A DNA stretch of 53,211 bases, filler included, from Basidiobolus ranarum (lineage: Eukaryota), in the NCBI GenBank assembly GCA_040143965.1. It is 3 parts of 3 records of this genome, joined end to end, with 100 filler letters (N's around TTAATTAATTAA, not from the genome) between each part and the next. Parts side by side here need not be neighbours in the genome. Positions count along the whole stretch, not along the records: positions 1 to 17,710 come from JASJQH010007171.1; 2 more parts are not named here. The stretch is one strand, 5' to 3'. Made by a program: the position numbers and the translations under genes. Positions 1-12,527 of this stretch are shown piece after piece. Positions within the stretch are counted from its first letter, which is position 1, and each line of letters opens with the position of its first letter. The notes under the pieces are model-generated. The model had not been told where the DNA came from. It searched no databases and saw only the letters and a list, made by a program, of their open reading frames with translations.

Positions 1-44
1 CTTTGCTGTACAATGTATAAGTTTACTCAAGAATTAATGAACAG

Positions 45-266
45 ATGCCAGAGCCGCGCTGGGTTATTTCTATGGGCTCTTGTGCTAATGGTGGTGGCTA
101 CTATCATTATTCATATGCTGTTGTTCGGGGCTGTGATCGCATTGTGCCGGTTGATATTTACGTTCCAGGTTGTCCTCCTACCGCTGAAGCTTTGATGTAC
201 GGTGTCATGCAACTACAAAAGAAAATCAGACGAGGACGTGTTGCAACTATTTGGTACCGAAAGTAA
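45..266 (+). CDS. NDUFS7: NADH:ubiquinone oxidoreductase PSST/20 kDa Fe-S subunit, final exon (gene starts before the window)
   Basis: [50 protein letters not shown] is the highly conserved NuoB/PSST C-terminal half; preceded by splice acceptor acag (41-44); stop TAA 264-266. Confidence 0.97.
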   Translation: MPEPRWVISMGSCANGGGYYHYSYAVVRGCDRIVPVDIYVPGCPPTAEALMYGVMQLQKKIRRGRVATIWYRK

Positions 267-682
267 TACTACGGGTATTCTGTGGAGCGTTTTGTATCCC
301 ACCTCATCAACGTTGATGAATAAGAACATTTATAATGACGTTTTGGTTTGTACACTCAAGTAGCTCAAGGATAACCCATGTCTGGGTTTCAGCTTTACTA
401 TGTATTTAGTTTTGAATATAAGCCTTCATATCAAGAGTACTCATGTCGAAACGATAAACTGCGCTGAGCTTTTCAATATATAATCTCCCAATGATAATCA
501 AGATATGCTGATACTGAGATTTCAACGTTTCGAATTTATTAAAGATTTTAAATTAAAGATTCTATAAAACTAAGTATTAACGAATACTGATATTGCGTTC
601 ATCCTAGAGGCTTAGAACGTGGGTACTACATCGAATAAATGGATCAAAAATGAATTGTTCTCATACCTAACGCATCTCTTCC

Positions 683-2670
683 CTAATTACGCCTGGTGTA
701 TTTGCATGAAACAGGTGTTTGAGGAGTAACAAATAACTTGGTGTAATCAGGCTCAGGGAATTCTCTTCCAGGTACATTCTCGATTTCGAAGAGACGTACG
801 AGAGTTGCCAGAATAGTTTTGATCTGAACGTAAGCAAATGGCTCACCAATGCATCTATGACGTCCAGCTCCGAATGGAAGATAAGGATTTTTGGCGCCTT
901 TACCAGTAGTACCAAAGATCGAATCGTCGTCATCTTTCTCCGAACTGATATTGTTCCAACGACTAGCATTGAATTCCATAGGATTTTCGAAATGCTCCTC
1001 GGAGATTTGGGTAATAATAGGACTGGAGCAAAGGAAATGTCCCTTGGGTACCACTATATCGGATTTAGGATAATTGACAGCTTGGACTACTTTACGCATA
1101 ATTGCTACAATAGGTGTGTGCATACGAAGCGTTTCACGCACTAAATTATCCAGAACTTTACATTTGTTCAAATCATTGAAGTTAAGTGGCTCCAGTTCTT
1201 CTCCGAAAATCTCCTTTTGTTCAGCGTAAATTTGAGCACTAACAAATTTCAAAAATCAGTCAATTGGCTGACCATTGATAACCATTGTTTACATGTACTA
1301 ACCGAAGTTTAGGGTCGTATGCAATGTGCATCAGAGCCCAAGTTGAGGTAGCTGCACTAGTATGTTGACCAGCCATTAATAACGCAATCATCATATGAGC
1401 AACTTCCTTGTCGGTCATCTGGTGGCCATCTTTGTAGGTGGCGGTCATAAAATGCTGAAGAATGTCTTCATTGTTCTGGAAAAAAAGATTAGTAATGATT
1501 CCTACAAGCGCAAAATACCAAGAAAGTCAATTACCATATCTCCTTTTTGACGTCTATTCTCAATGATATTCAAGAAAATATTGGTTAATTTGATATGGGC
1601 CTCATCACGCTTTCTATAACTTGGAAGAGGAAGCCATTCGAAAAGGAAGTTAATGGGCTGAAAACCATTGTCCAAATCATGAAGTAGATGTGCAACTGTA
1701 GTCCAAGGATAGATTTGATACTTTTTAGAACGATCCAGAAATCTCTTATGTTAACAAAAAATATTACCTGTTTCATCGAGCTGAGAACGGATCTCTTTGC
1801 CCATTAGGCATCGGGAGGCAGTATTGATGATTAACTCAGCAAAGGCTACACTGATTTCCGCTTCGTCAGTAGTCTTATTCCAACGTCTGTTGAGGGTGAG
1901 GTTAGAAAACGAGGTGAGGAGATGGAAGGTACATATACAGATAATTACTTGAAATACTCCACAGTCTCCTCAACAATCATAGGAACGTAGGTTCTCAAAG
2001 CATCAAAAGAAAGACCCTCTTTGGCAAATCTACAACGGAAAGACTCGATTAGCCATCGCAAACTAACTAGGTGCCGTAGGAAGATGAAATACCGTTTTTG
2101 ATCCATCAGCATGTGGTTAGGACAGTCATAAACAACTCCCTCTCCGAATACGGGTTTCGTGAGAGGTCTGTATGCTTCTTCAGCATTGACATGGCTGTGC
2201 TTGGAATTTAGAACAAAGTTGTTTCCTTCAGTGCCAAGAGCATAGGTCATTTTACGTCCGAACATTAGGAAAGTGAAAACGTCGCCATACTAAATACATT
2301 AGTGGTGAATTTAATACTCTTCAATGAAATGGAAGATTCAGTCGATTAGCTTACCTTCTTACGGTTCTCAGTCAGAAAGTCCACAGGGTTCATCCCAAAG
2401 CTAATCATTGAGCCGATAAAGGGAACCCAGTATGGGACCATAGGAGGGGCATTCAGCTCTTTCTTACCGTACTAAATGTTGATAAATAGCAACAATGACG
2501 ATGACATTAATACACACTTCAGCATGTAACAAATAGGTAATGATAGTTGCCTTTTGATTGCACCAATCTGCTAGGACATAGACGATCAGCACACCAAGGG
2601 TGATGGTGAAGAAGTTGGTGAACTGGTGAACCGAGAGAAAGTTTTGAATGACATTTACTACTGCGCCCAT
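683..2670 (-). CDS. CYP51: Sterol 14-alpha-demethylase (cytochrome P450 CYP51); about 8 exons: 2551-2670, 2355-2471, ~2093-2289, ~1949-2029, ~1769-1886, ~1535-1695, ~1303-1475, 683-1238
   Basis: N-terminal TM anchor, PPMVPYWVPFIGS, AEEAY..LTKPVFGEGVVYDC (SRS1), I-helix MAGQHTS, ETLR (ExxR), heme motif FGAGRHRCIG; the predicted introns join the exons in frame. Confidence 0.97.
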
Positions 2671-4396
2671 AGTATCAGTAGTAGAGGATTAGAAAATGTG
2701 TGTGAACGCTTACCTGTCAACTCTACGTTTTTATTTTTGAAATGGTTTGCTCGTAGCTCTTACAAATTTGGAAAACACGAATTGATTGGATCGTGTCGAT
2801 GGGCCTAGTGCCTGGCCTAAGGATTCAAACTCCTATTTGGGAAGAAGCTGATAATGTATATTTTTGTTGTGTCTGATCTAATGATTCAACGGAACCAACT
2901 GTACTCTGTCAGTAAATGAGAAGTGGGCTAGATTTGGGTAATTGATTAGTTGCGTCCCTGCTCTGCCTTTTCCCCGCTTAAAAAGAATCTAGACAAAAAT
3001 AATGCATGAAGCGGAGATGCTCATGATTAACTTTATTGTGGTGGATTTGGAAGATTCTAGTATAATCAACCAGTTGATTGCAGTCTCAAATTGGGATAAA
3101 GCTAGCCAAACAGTGGAAAAACGATCAGAACTTCAATCTTAAATACTCTTGTAAGTGTTATTATTGTGAATCTAGATTCAGTTCGATCATTTCTTTTAAG
3201 TTTCCTGGAAACCCCCTAGATAAGAACATACCCCAAGCCAATTGTAAACCATTGAATATAATAGGGTATATTAAAAAGGTGTGGAGGTTGATTGTGGGGA
3301 TTAGAATGACTTCACGTTGATTATACCACAATATCGATAAAGCGTGGAATTTTACGGCCTCGACTACGTTCATGTATCAAGTCAACCTTGTGTTGGGTCA
3401 CCAAATAACCACCTAGAAGTGGCTATCGATTTCTGAGCAACATCAACCATTTAATTGTGGGTGGGGATTCTGTTGTTTCAAGCAGCTGTGAGTTCTAGAC
3501 AAACCTAATCTTCATTTTAAATATTCACATGTCAGATTGACGACTTAATATAAGAATCGGAATTTATTATCGTAAGCATGGAATATTTGGTGTAGATGGT
3601 ACAAACATGCAGAAATGTATAATAAACCTCAAGCTTGACTGGCCTTTGTGCCTAGTAATATATGGCATTTAGTACCTCTCACTTTATCTTCAGTATTTAT
3701 AGAATTTATTATTATCCTTTGATTTGAGAGCAATAGATATTCCGTTAAATACTACTCTTACTAAGCAAGCATCAAATCTTTAGAAGCTGAATAAAACGCC
3801 TTTTGTTAGACAAGTACCAACCTTTCATTTATGTATATTTCTCATCCACTGATAGACTGATTTCTAAGAATAAACGTCACTATATATTCATATGTATAGT
3901 GTCACCATCCAAGTGCATTCAGATATGTTGATGTTAGCTACTTGGAGATTGCCAGACATTACCATGTCAACAATAAAAAAATCACTTGAATGAAGTAAAG
4001 CAAGAATCGAAATAACACTTGAAATATAGGAATTGTCTGCTAGTGAAGAGTATAAGCAGGCAGATTTCAAGGTGTATGATATATCAGCTTCCGTCAGGTG
4101 CTAATTAAAAATAAGAACATTAGCAGTGGTTTTTAGCAATATTTCACTTTCTCAATGAGTACATTTCAATCAAGCTCACTTCGAGCAACAACCAATATCT
4201 CTCAAATCCATGTTCGCATCTTGTGGTGCTTGAGGCATGTATATCCCACGGGAAAGCATAAGCAAGTAGTTATCAAAGTTTGTTTATTTGATTACCAATT
4301 CCTGGTTTAATATATTTAGGGCCAGATTAATTGGGGGTCGACAATTGCATATGCATTTCATCATCAACCAAACCTCGAGAATGGTAATAATATATA

Positions 4397-4517
4397 CAGT
4401 GAAGCTGGGAAATATTGGTTAATTAACATCATTTAAATTTCTAAATTAATTGGGAAAATATTGGTTAATTAACATCATTTAAATTTCTAAATTAACCAAT
4501 ATTTCCCAGCTTCACAG
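4397..4517. mobile_element. MITE of Tc1/mariner type (121 bp, 28-bp TIRs, TA target-site duplication)
   Basis: Left TIR CAGTGAAGCTGGGAAATATTGGTTAATT (4397-4424); right TIR 4490-4517 is its reverse complement with one mismatch; TA on both sides; internal ~44-bp direct duplication; no ORF. Confidence 0.75.
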
Positions 4518-5388
4518 TATAGTATCCATATCCCACACTCAAATCATCCCGCCAACACTGCATCGTTAGCAGCTCCGAATCAATAATACTTCACGCAATC
4601 AATAGTTCACGCCCCTTCATCTGGCTGCATCTATTGGTTTAAAGACACGTCATCCGATGGACCAAATATGCTTAACTGTGTATGAAACCCTCGATGAGGC
4701 TATTTGTGCACTTCATAGTACACATTTGGTTATTGTTGATACCAACTTACCTGGATCCTGATTTGGTAATAAAGGAGTTTATTTAATAAGTCACGTTATT
4801 TCTTCTGAATTAGGATTTGTATGAGCCGTTGGCAGCTTCGCACATTCTTGTTAGCACTGACCAACAATTGGCGAGAGTATGAAATACAAGTATTCTCAAG
4901 CTAATTATTGGCATAGACAATATAAAGAAATTCGGGCGGGTGGTTGCTTAGTATCAAGCCATAGCTTCCAACTGTCAGGCACACGCTGTCTGCAACGGAG
5001 GAATTTCACTGCAGTCGCTGCGTGGCTTGTACATTTCGTGAGAGTAGAGATATCATTTGGTGAAAATCGAACACACAAATTACTGGGGAATGGATTAAGC
5101 CATGATCTACAGTGGTAATTTACCTTGAGTTCCATTAATGCTGAAACCAGTCTAGTCTTAGTCGAGCAGAGAGAGGGCGATTTACTAATCTTGGAGTCAA
5201 AATTACCAATGAAACGGTAATACTGCGAGATTAGGGAGTCAGTTGAGAGGTAAGAACCAACAAACTACTGAAATAGGAGTAATCAACATTTACAAGTTGT
5301 ATTTGGACTATCTTTGTCTTCTACTAACTACAAACACCCAACTAGTGCATAACAACTCAATACTTCAACTTTCTAGCCAGCAACAGAG

Positions 5389-6702
5389 ATGTCTGAGGTT
5401 TATTCTACCAACTTTAAGCTCAAGTGTGAGCCCAACACTATCAAGCCCTCTTCCATGGAGCAACCTTCGTTCCAAATGCCACTTACCTTGCGTCCAAATG
5501 CTTGCGTGATCTGTCTAACTTGCCTAACTTGTGCTGGAAAATACGGTTCTGACGATTGCCACTGTCCTGCTTCTGATATTCACTGGAATAAAAAAAGACT
5601 GGGATATAAAGTCGAGTTTCGCCGTCGTAGTATTTTACCTAGTAACCAAGTTTTTATGACTTGGTTTAGGGCTAACCTCTCCCAAAGATTAATCTGGGAC
5701 GAAACTTGTAAGGAGGTTAAACTTTGCATGTCTTGTAATTCGACATGTTGGAGGTGGGCTAAAGGTAGTACTTAGCTAAGTTTTATGGCATTCACCAAAT
5801 ATACTTACATTTTCCTCACTCATTCCAGTCTTCAAAAAAAGCAATCTCGCTAATGAACTGACTCCTGGAAGTAACGGGCTTCGTACCGCTCGATTCTCTC
5901 CTTTGAGAAGTATATCCACCTTTAGTTCAAGAAAAGATTCTGCCCAACGTACCCAAGGTTAAAGAGTGCTGTATATGATCATCAACCGCCCATTATTTTA
6001 ACGTGATTCGTATTAAATGTGAGTAGATTGTACTGATTTCTTTGCCGGCTCCTCTGTTTTATCCTTGAGAAATTCAAAGCCAAGGCTGTCGACAAGCATA
6101 AGGAGTTGTCCAGACCAATTTACTGCCGGGGAAAACCAGAATTTTTCGCCGATCTCAGTTCACAAATCCCTTCCTTTGGATATGGACACTCTGATGATGA
6201 CACCAACAAGAAGCACGCCCCCAGCCTTTAGCGAGAGTGACTCCGTATCCCAGTCATCCTCGCCTTCACCGCGACTGCAAACGCCTCCAAATGGAGAAAG
6301 TACCTTCTTAGTAACGTATGACCTAGCTCAATTGACAGCATCCGCTTCTCCTAAAGGTAGATATCTCATGACTTAAATTGAGCATCTATTGTGTAGTTTC
6401 TGACATAGTTTCACTCAGGAAAAACTCCACTGAAAACGGTTACTCTGCGTATGACGAAGAAAATCGTCAAAGATCGAATAGTAGTATCTCCGAAAATGAC
6501 ATTCAACCACCTAATACGACATGCAATACAATCCAACCTTCCCGAAGGAAAGCGCTATGTGATCAAGAGTATGGATGGACAATATGAATATGTACCAGAT
6601 GACTTTGTATCTGAAACGTTCTACGGACAGGAGCATGTAGACCTTAGTCTTGATGATGAAGCAGTACCTTCCATTAGCTTGGATGACTTCGATATGTGTT
6701 AA
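5389..6702 (+). CDS. Hypothetical protein: Cys-rich putative zinc-binding N-terminal domain, Ser/Pro-rich linker, small globular C-terminal domain; predicted exons 5389-5764, 5829-5958, 6027-6356, 6419-6702
   Basis: CVICLTCLTC..CHC and CMSC motifs in exon 1; three phase-1 GT-AG introns of ~60-70 nt link the ORF-track fragments into one frame. Confidence 0.7.
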
Positions 6703-9700
6703 GTAATACTATGGCTTGGTATGTAGTATGATAAACCCAGGAGTTGTATATCGTTCTGTATATATGTTTTGCCACTTGTCCTCTCCAATTTCGCGATTCC
6801 CTTTACGAATCTTTACTCCGAAAAATCATCTGCAGATAAATGTACATAAATTGTCTTGGTCTCGCTAATACGGTGTATTTTTATGAGGTTGGCTATTTTG
6901 ACGATAATTTTATTGTAGGAAGGAAATTCGATTGTTTTTCTTCTAAATTTGTACTCGAAGTCATCATTTGCTGTAGCGTTAATTCAAGAAACTTCATCGA
7001 TTATATCGATATGTTCTATATTTTCATTGATGCCAATAAAGCCCTGATTAATCGACTAATATATGTAATATAGTAAGCTTGTAACATTCTATTTCCTGTC
7101 TGGAGATGGTCTCAAGTGAGGGTTGTTTTATCAAATCGAATGATTGAAATCTTCGTACATACACCAGGTGCATTGCTGCCATAATAATGAATTGCTTAGT
7201 ATCCAAAGGGGATATTTTCAATTATTGGGTCAGCAAACAATTGTCATCGATACAGGTTTTCTTTTACGTCTTTGCATATGGTGTGAATCTTATTGACTTT
7301 GTCCTTGCTTCTTGTGGATTCTATCAGGGAATAGAAATAATGCATTCAAAAAATTCACAAGCTGTGCGCAAACTCTACATTTGCTTGGTACCCAAAGAGG
7401 CCCTGATGCCCAAGTTTTAGATGGTTCAGGAGTATATATCCATAGATTTGATCAGTGTGGTAAGCGGCCAGTAATGACTCCAGTAGTGTTAGACGTTGTA
7501 TAGTCTGAAAGGGAAAATCATTAGTGTTATAAGTGTTTCACACCTAACTCCTAATATTCTCCTAAATAACTTGCTTTTTGTGATAGATTGTGCTTGGTAA
7601 GGCCGATATCCATTAGCCACCCCTTATTACATAGCGGATTTTTATATTGCTGATTTGGAATCTGCTGTTCAATGTGATACTCTGAGGCTGATTGTCTTAC
7701 AGGTTCAAAAGTTGGTCATTATTCACAAGGGATGGCAAGTTTCTAGCGGGTTCTCTCATTACTAATATGTTGTGAAGCAACTGCAGAATATCTTATGATA
7801 AATTATTTAGTATGATTGATATTGTGAAGTCATCCATAAAAAAGCTATGATATAGCGGTGGGAAAAACTGAGTCAAAGCGCCAAAAGGCCAGAGTAAACA
7901 ACCATTGACACTTGGTTACATCGTGAAGGAATAAATTTATAGGATAGTGCTAATACGGTGGTATATTTTGAGTAATATTTAAACATATCTGCGAAATTTA
8001 GAATATAAACAATATGGAAATACTAATATTACTATGCTGCTTGACCTACAAACCTACAAATAAGTAATCAGAGGCTATAATTAACAGTCTTCACTAATGA
8101 GAATCTGTTGCTTTATAGGTATAGAGGCTTTATGTGAGCAGTAATCGACCTGACTGGGTTGCGGCAACAGTGGTGGGTATCAGTTCATGTTAGAACCGGA
8201 ATATATGCCGACTTACTTATGTTGTGATTAACTAGCCTGAAAGTGAGTGACAAATTTCAATCTAAGAACTCTCTAGTAAGCAATAGGTAATAGACACAGG
8301 TTAACCAAAAACAGTCAAACGTAGTTTCAAAATGCTAATGACTATTAAACCGTTAAATGCTATCAATAACTGTAGTTTTATTCGAGTTTTCATTGATATA
8401 TAGTACAGAATATAATACCTATATTGATTTGGGTGGCTGAATTCAACACCGTGTGGCACCACACATAAAGATAGCTAAATATCTCGGGTATATATCAGGT
8501 AGGAGTCGCAAATGACGAGTATCGTTCCCATTGAGCTAAATCAATACTTCCTCTAAAACACTCGCAGATAAATATTACCAGTAATAGTAGCTAACAAGTG
8601 TCACTAAAACCAGCCATCAGACTAAGAGTTGTTGAATTTTTTAGATTACTATATTCGATATCATATATCCAGTTGTACTTGACTCAGTAAACGGAAAAAG
8701 TTTAGTGAACTCCAAGCTTCATCAAATTTGACATATAATACTGTGATCTATATGTATTCTAAAGTCACATATGGTAACTGAGGATACAATTTAACTTTTA
8801 CTGTGTTGTTACTAATAAATAAATGCTGTTGTTCTCGAATTCTCCGCGACTCTCCACATTCATATGGCGAGTGAGTCTTGGTTAGGAGGTAGACTAGATT
8901 GATTGATATATAACAGAATATTTACCTCAGCGGAAAGAGCCATTTATGTAGAAACAACCAGTAGCGAAGAGGTATATCTAATTCTCTGGTTAGATATGAA
9001 TAATCAAATGAGTCAGCCTGAGATATCAAGCACTGTATAAGCATTCGTGAGGTGAAAGATAGGGAACAATTAAGTAAAATGCTGAACATCCAAGTGCACC
9101 TATTTGAAACAATACATGGGCAGTTTCATGTTGGTTGATGAGAACGAAAATATGGTCTTATAAACATAGGATTATGATACTATGAGTATTATGAAACCGG
9201 TTAGACCAGTTCTGCCACTTCTGACGATCAAGGATGGAGTGCCATTAATATGGGGGGAGCAGCTATAATTAGATATACTGCAATATAGCTGGAAAAGTCG
9301 AGTTGAATTAGGCCAAAAATGGTGATTTATAACATAACTCCACCGGAAAGACGAAGTTGACAGGCGCATAGTGAAGTGAATGAATCAGAAGATGTTTCAC
9401 CAAGAATGGAAGAAGTAGTCCATATTCTCATCACAGAAAACTACTTAGGGTTAGGCTTCAGTGTGCTTATCCAGAATTCTCGCAATTGCCAAGTAATCCA
9501 GAGGGTCAGAATTTACGCTCATTGAATTGAATTAGTATCTACACGCTCCAACTGGTATTGATGTAAACTAGAGTGTGAAATCCGGTGGTTGGTCATGATT
9601 GAATCAGACCCACCGGACTATCTCACATTGAAGAAATATATTCACTAAAACTGAAGGGCTGTACGTCTTTCATTTGACCGCATATTGCACTTCCTCTTTC

Positions 9701-10736
9701 GCCCTTAAAACGAAGCCAAGGCTGAATGAAGCCTTTGGCAGATGCATTTATATGAATTGGTCATACTTGCTACTGTAAAGAGTCACTACATCGTTATATT
9801 ACTACCTGCAGTAGTTCATAACGAATAGTTGGACAACGCTTAAAATGGCCTCATAAGGCTTCACATTCATTTAAAATCATCTGGTGACTCCACTTACAAT
9901 ACCGATAAGCCACCATAATTCTATAATGTCGAAGTTTTCTCAACTATTGGAAGTTGCATTCTGAGGTCTCACATATTAATAAGAAGCCTAGTAAGTGGGG
10001 TATATCCTTACTTGGCATATTATGATGGCTCAAGTTTCACTACGTTGATGTTGGCATACTTTGTAGGGTTCCATTCTATACACTTTAATATGCAAAATAT
10101 GAAGATGGCCCTATGGCATCGGATGCCTCCTCCTATCAAATGTAGGTTAAATAGAGTGTCTACTGCTTCATCAATAGGATTTTCTTGTGGAGTATGATAT
10201 CAGTGATCCTCTTACTCCTGAGATTAAATTGAGACGTTTTGTTGAGTATCTTTATTGCTACTATTAGGGGCAGTGGGACGAGAGCAGTCTAGGCATGCGA
10301 ACTAAATGAGAATTAGGCAGATTACTGACAATATGAGGATGATATTAAGATTTCCAATGTTTTGCCCTCAAAGTGTATTTGTAAATTTTGCAATGCTACG
10401 ATCAATTCTAATCAAGCAAGTTTCTTTATCTTCATAGTTCAATTAAGCCTTGAATGTGCACTTCCTCAGGGGTGTATAATTGAGTGAAATTCACTAGTTG
10501 AGTCGCTTATATAACGTAGACATGCTACCTTTTAGCTTTCAACTCAGGGCAGTTACTCTGGATCTTTAAAAGTTCCAAGTTTGCAAGTTAATAATCACAT
10601 TCATTATCTGTCCAACTCTCCAAGGAATCATAACTCTTGGTACCGCTTATTGTGTAGATTAGAATGTCAGGTATGATTGGCAAATTAAATGAATATACTA
10701 CCTTGTAAAAGATGTAAAGTTAATATTTTGTCTGTT

Positions 10737-11852
10737 ATGTTTGCTTTAGATCAAACTTCGATTGCCTGGGTGACGATGGTTGCCGATGTTTTCATCTCCA
10801 TGTCCTACATGGCCATCCCGATCGAGATCTTCTTCTTCCAACGTACCCTCACCTTACCTCTTCCTATGCTATACAAGAGTGTCTTACTTCTCTTCGAAGC
10901 ATTCATCACCGCATGTGGTGCTACTCACTTTGTAACCATGTGGAATCCTTTCTCGAACACTGATCTCGCTTTGTGCATTGTGAAGGTGATCACTGCAGTG
11001 GTCTCCACACTCACTGCTGCCCTCTTGATCCGAGTCTTTCCTAAAGCTTTCTCTTTGCCGGCAAAGGCAGCTTGGTTGGAAGAAGAGTTGGGATCTCACA
11101 TGCGACATGAACAATCGCTTCGCATGGCCAATGACCTTCTCCTCAAGTTTCGCAAAGTTACCCAACATATCCGTAAGACGCTCGATACGACCTCGGTATG
11201 TCAAACGGCAGTGTTTGAACTCTCAGTTGCATTGGGAGTTGGATGTGCCATTTATATGAAAGAAGGTGATATATATACCTGTATTCGCGAGGATTATAGG
11301 CACCTCAACGATCAATCACTGCGTCACTCAGATAAAGATATTTTTTGGCAGAAGATTGATATTTCGACGGAGAATAAAGTGATCAACAGAATGACCACCC
11401 TATCGTATGCCTGCTGTCTAAACAAACGCGACCTCTGTGATATGGTCGGAGACGGTGTGAACATACCATTCAAGGCAGCAATGGGAGCTCGCTTTCAACT
11501 TGGCGAGGCCAATTCCGGATTTGTGATGATTTATTCAAGTGACGAGACTTGGAGTTTACCTGAACAAGAAGTGGAGCTGTTTGAGGATATCGTAGGTCAA
11601 ATCGAAATCGCCTTACAGCAATCCGCTCAATTAAAACATGAACTTGACGGGAAATTCAATGAGACCAAGTCCTCTGAGCTTACTAAGGTTGAGGAAGATA
11701 ATGCGGTATTTAGGCTATCAACGCTACGACAAAATACCACTCTTTCCTTGCCACCACCACCTCCATTTTCACAAAACGAAGAAAAAGACGATGAGGTTTA
11801 TAATATGGAACCTCTGAATGGTGTCGTGGATCGAAATTCCCCGTTTCATTGA
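10737..11852 (+). CDS. ETR1-like ethylene receptor homolog: 3-TM ethylene-binding domain + GAF domain + poly-Pro tail, no histidine kinase/receiver (intronless; alternative in-frame ATG at 10689)
   Basis: DVFISMSYMAIPIEIFFF, LLLFEAFITACGATHFVTMW and KVITAVVSTLTAALL parallel plant ETR1 TM1-3 (DFFIAIAYFSIPLELIYF, FGAFIVLCGATHLINLW, KVLTAVVSCATALML); TQHIRKTLD...EVELFEDIVGQIEIALQQS are the GAF boundary helices. Confidence 0.92.
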   Translation: MFALDQTSIAWVTMVADVFISMSYMAIPIEIFFFQRTLTLPLPMLYKSVLLLFEAFITACGATHFVTMWNPFSNTDLALCIVKVITAVVSTLTAALLIRVFPKAFSLPAKAAWLEEELGSHMRHEQSLRMANDLLLKFRKVTQHIRKTLDTTSVCQTAVFELSVALGVGCAIYMKEGDIYTCIREDYRHLNDQSLRHSDKDIFWQKIDISTENKVINRMTTLSYACCLNKRDLCDMVGDGVNIPFKAAMGARFQLGEANSGFVMIYSSDETWSLPEQEVELFEDIVGQIEIALQQSAQLKHELDGKFNETKSSELTKVEEDNAVFRLSTLRQNTTLSLPPPPPFSQNEEKDDEVYNMEPLNGVVDRNSPFH

Positions 11853-12527
11853 TATTTTTCTCTCACCGACTATTGTGAGTTCTAGTAGTCTATAATTTAA
11901 TTTGCTTCATCATTCTGTAACAAAGTAATAAGGTAAAATTCATTTTAGCAATAGATTCCCGAAATTAGTATATTCATATCGAGATTTCATTGCTCCACCA
12001 GAAGCGGTTTGGATTCCCGCACCAAGAACCCTTGTACCCTTTACCCTATCATAGTTGCTAGTCAATGTGAATCAAGTAAGCTTACCAAAGTGATGATGTT
12101 CTGGTCCAATCCATTGATTTGTTATTATCTCCGATCAAGCTGATATTTTTGATGAAGTGTGTGCTATTCAAGTTATTAAATATTTTAAAAGATTTATTTT
12201 ACTTGATAGTAGATAGACAATGTTCTTCAAAAATGGACAATCTGAACCAAGTACCACGCTCTTCTCAAATTGTGAATCTGTTTTGGGTTGAGAGTTCTCT
12301 AATGTACAGAACCATTGTTGTAAATGAAGGTTGGATGCATTGGCATGAGGCCTTTTGATATGCACAAAAAATCCGATATTTACATGAATCTCGAAATTAT
12401 GATACATTTTTATATATGCAGAAAGTGAAAATGCGTCAAGAATCGTCTGAAAAAGGGAGGTTAGAGGTCTTCTCAAAGTGTTGTGGTACATTCATCTCTC
12501 TAATCGTATGGAGGATCAAGCCTCATC

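Noticed and set aside
13-1144. Alternate-frame and antisense ORFs over NDUFS7 and CYP51 (likewise over MPH1, wc-1, the C2H2 genes and 30019-32240)
   Set aside because: Shadow ORFs of real genes with no independent protein signal.
6840-10200. Short ORFs in the AT-rich region upstream of the ETR-like gene
   Set aside because: No consistent exon chain or homologous motif found.
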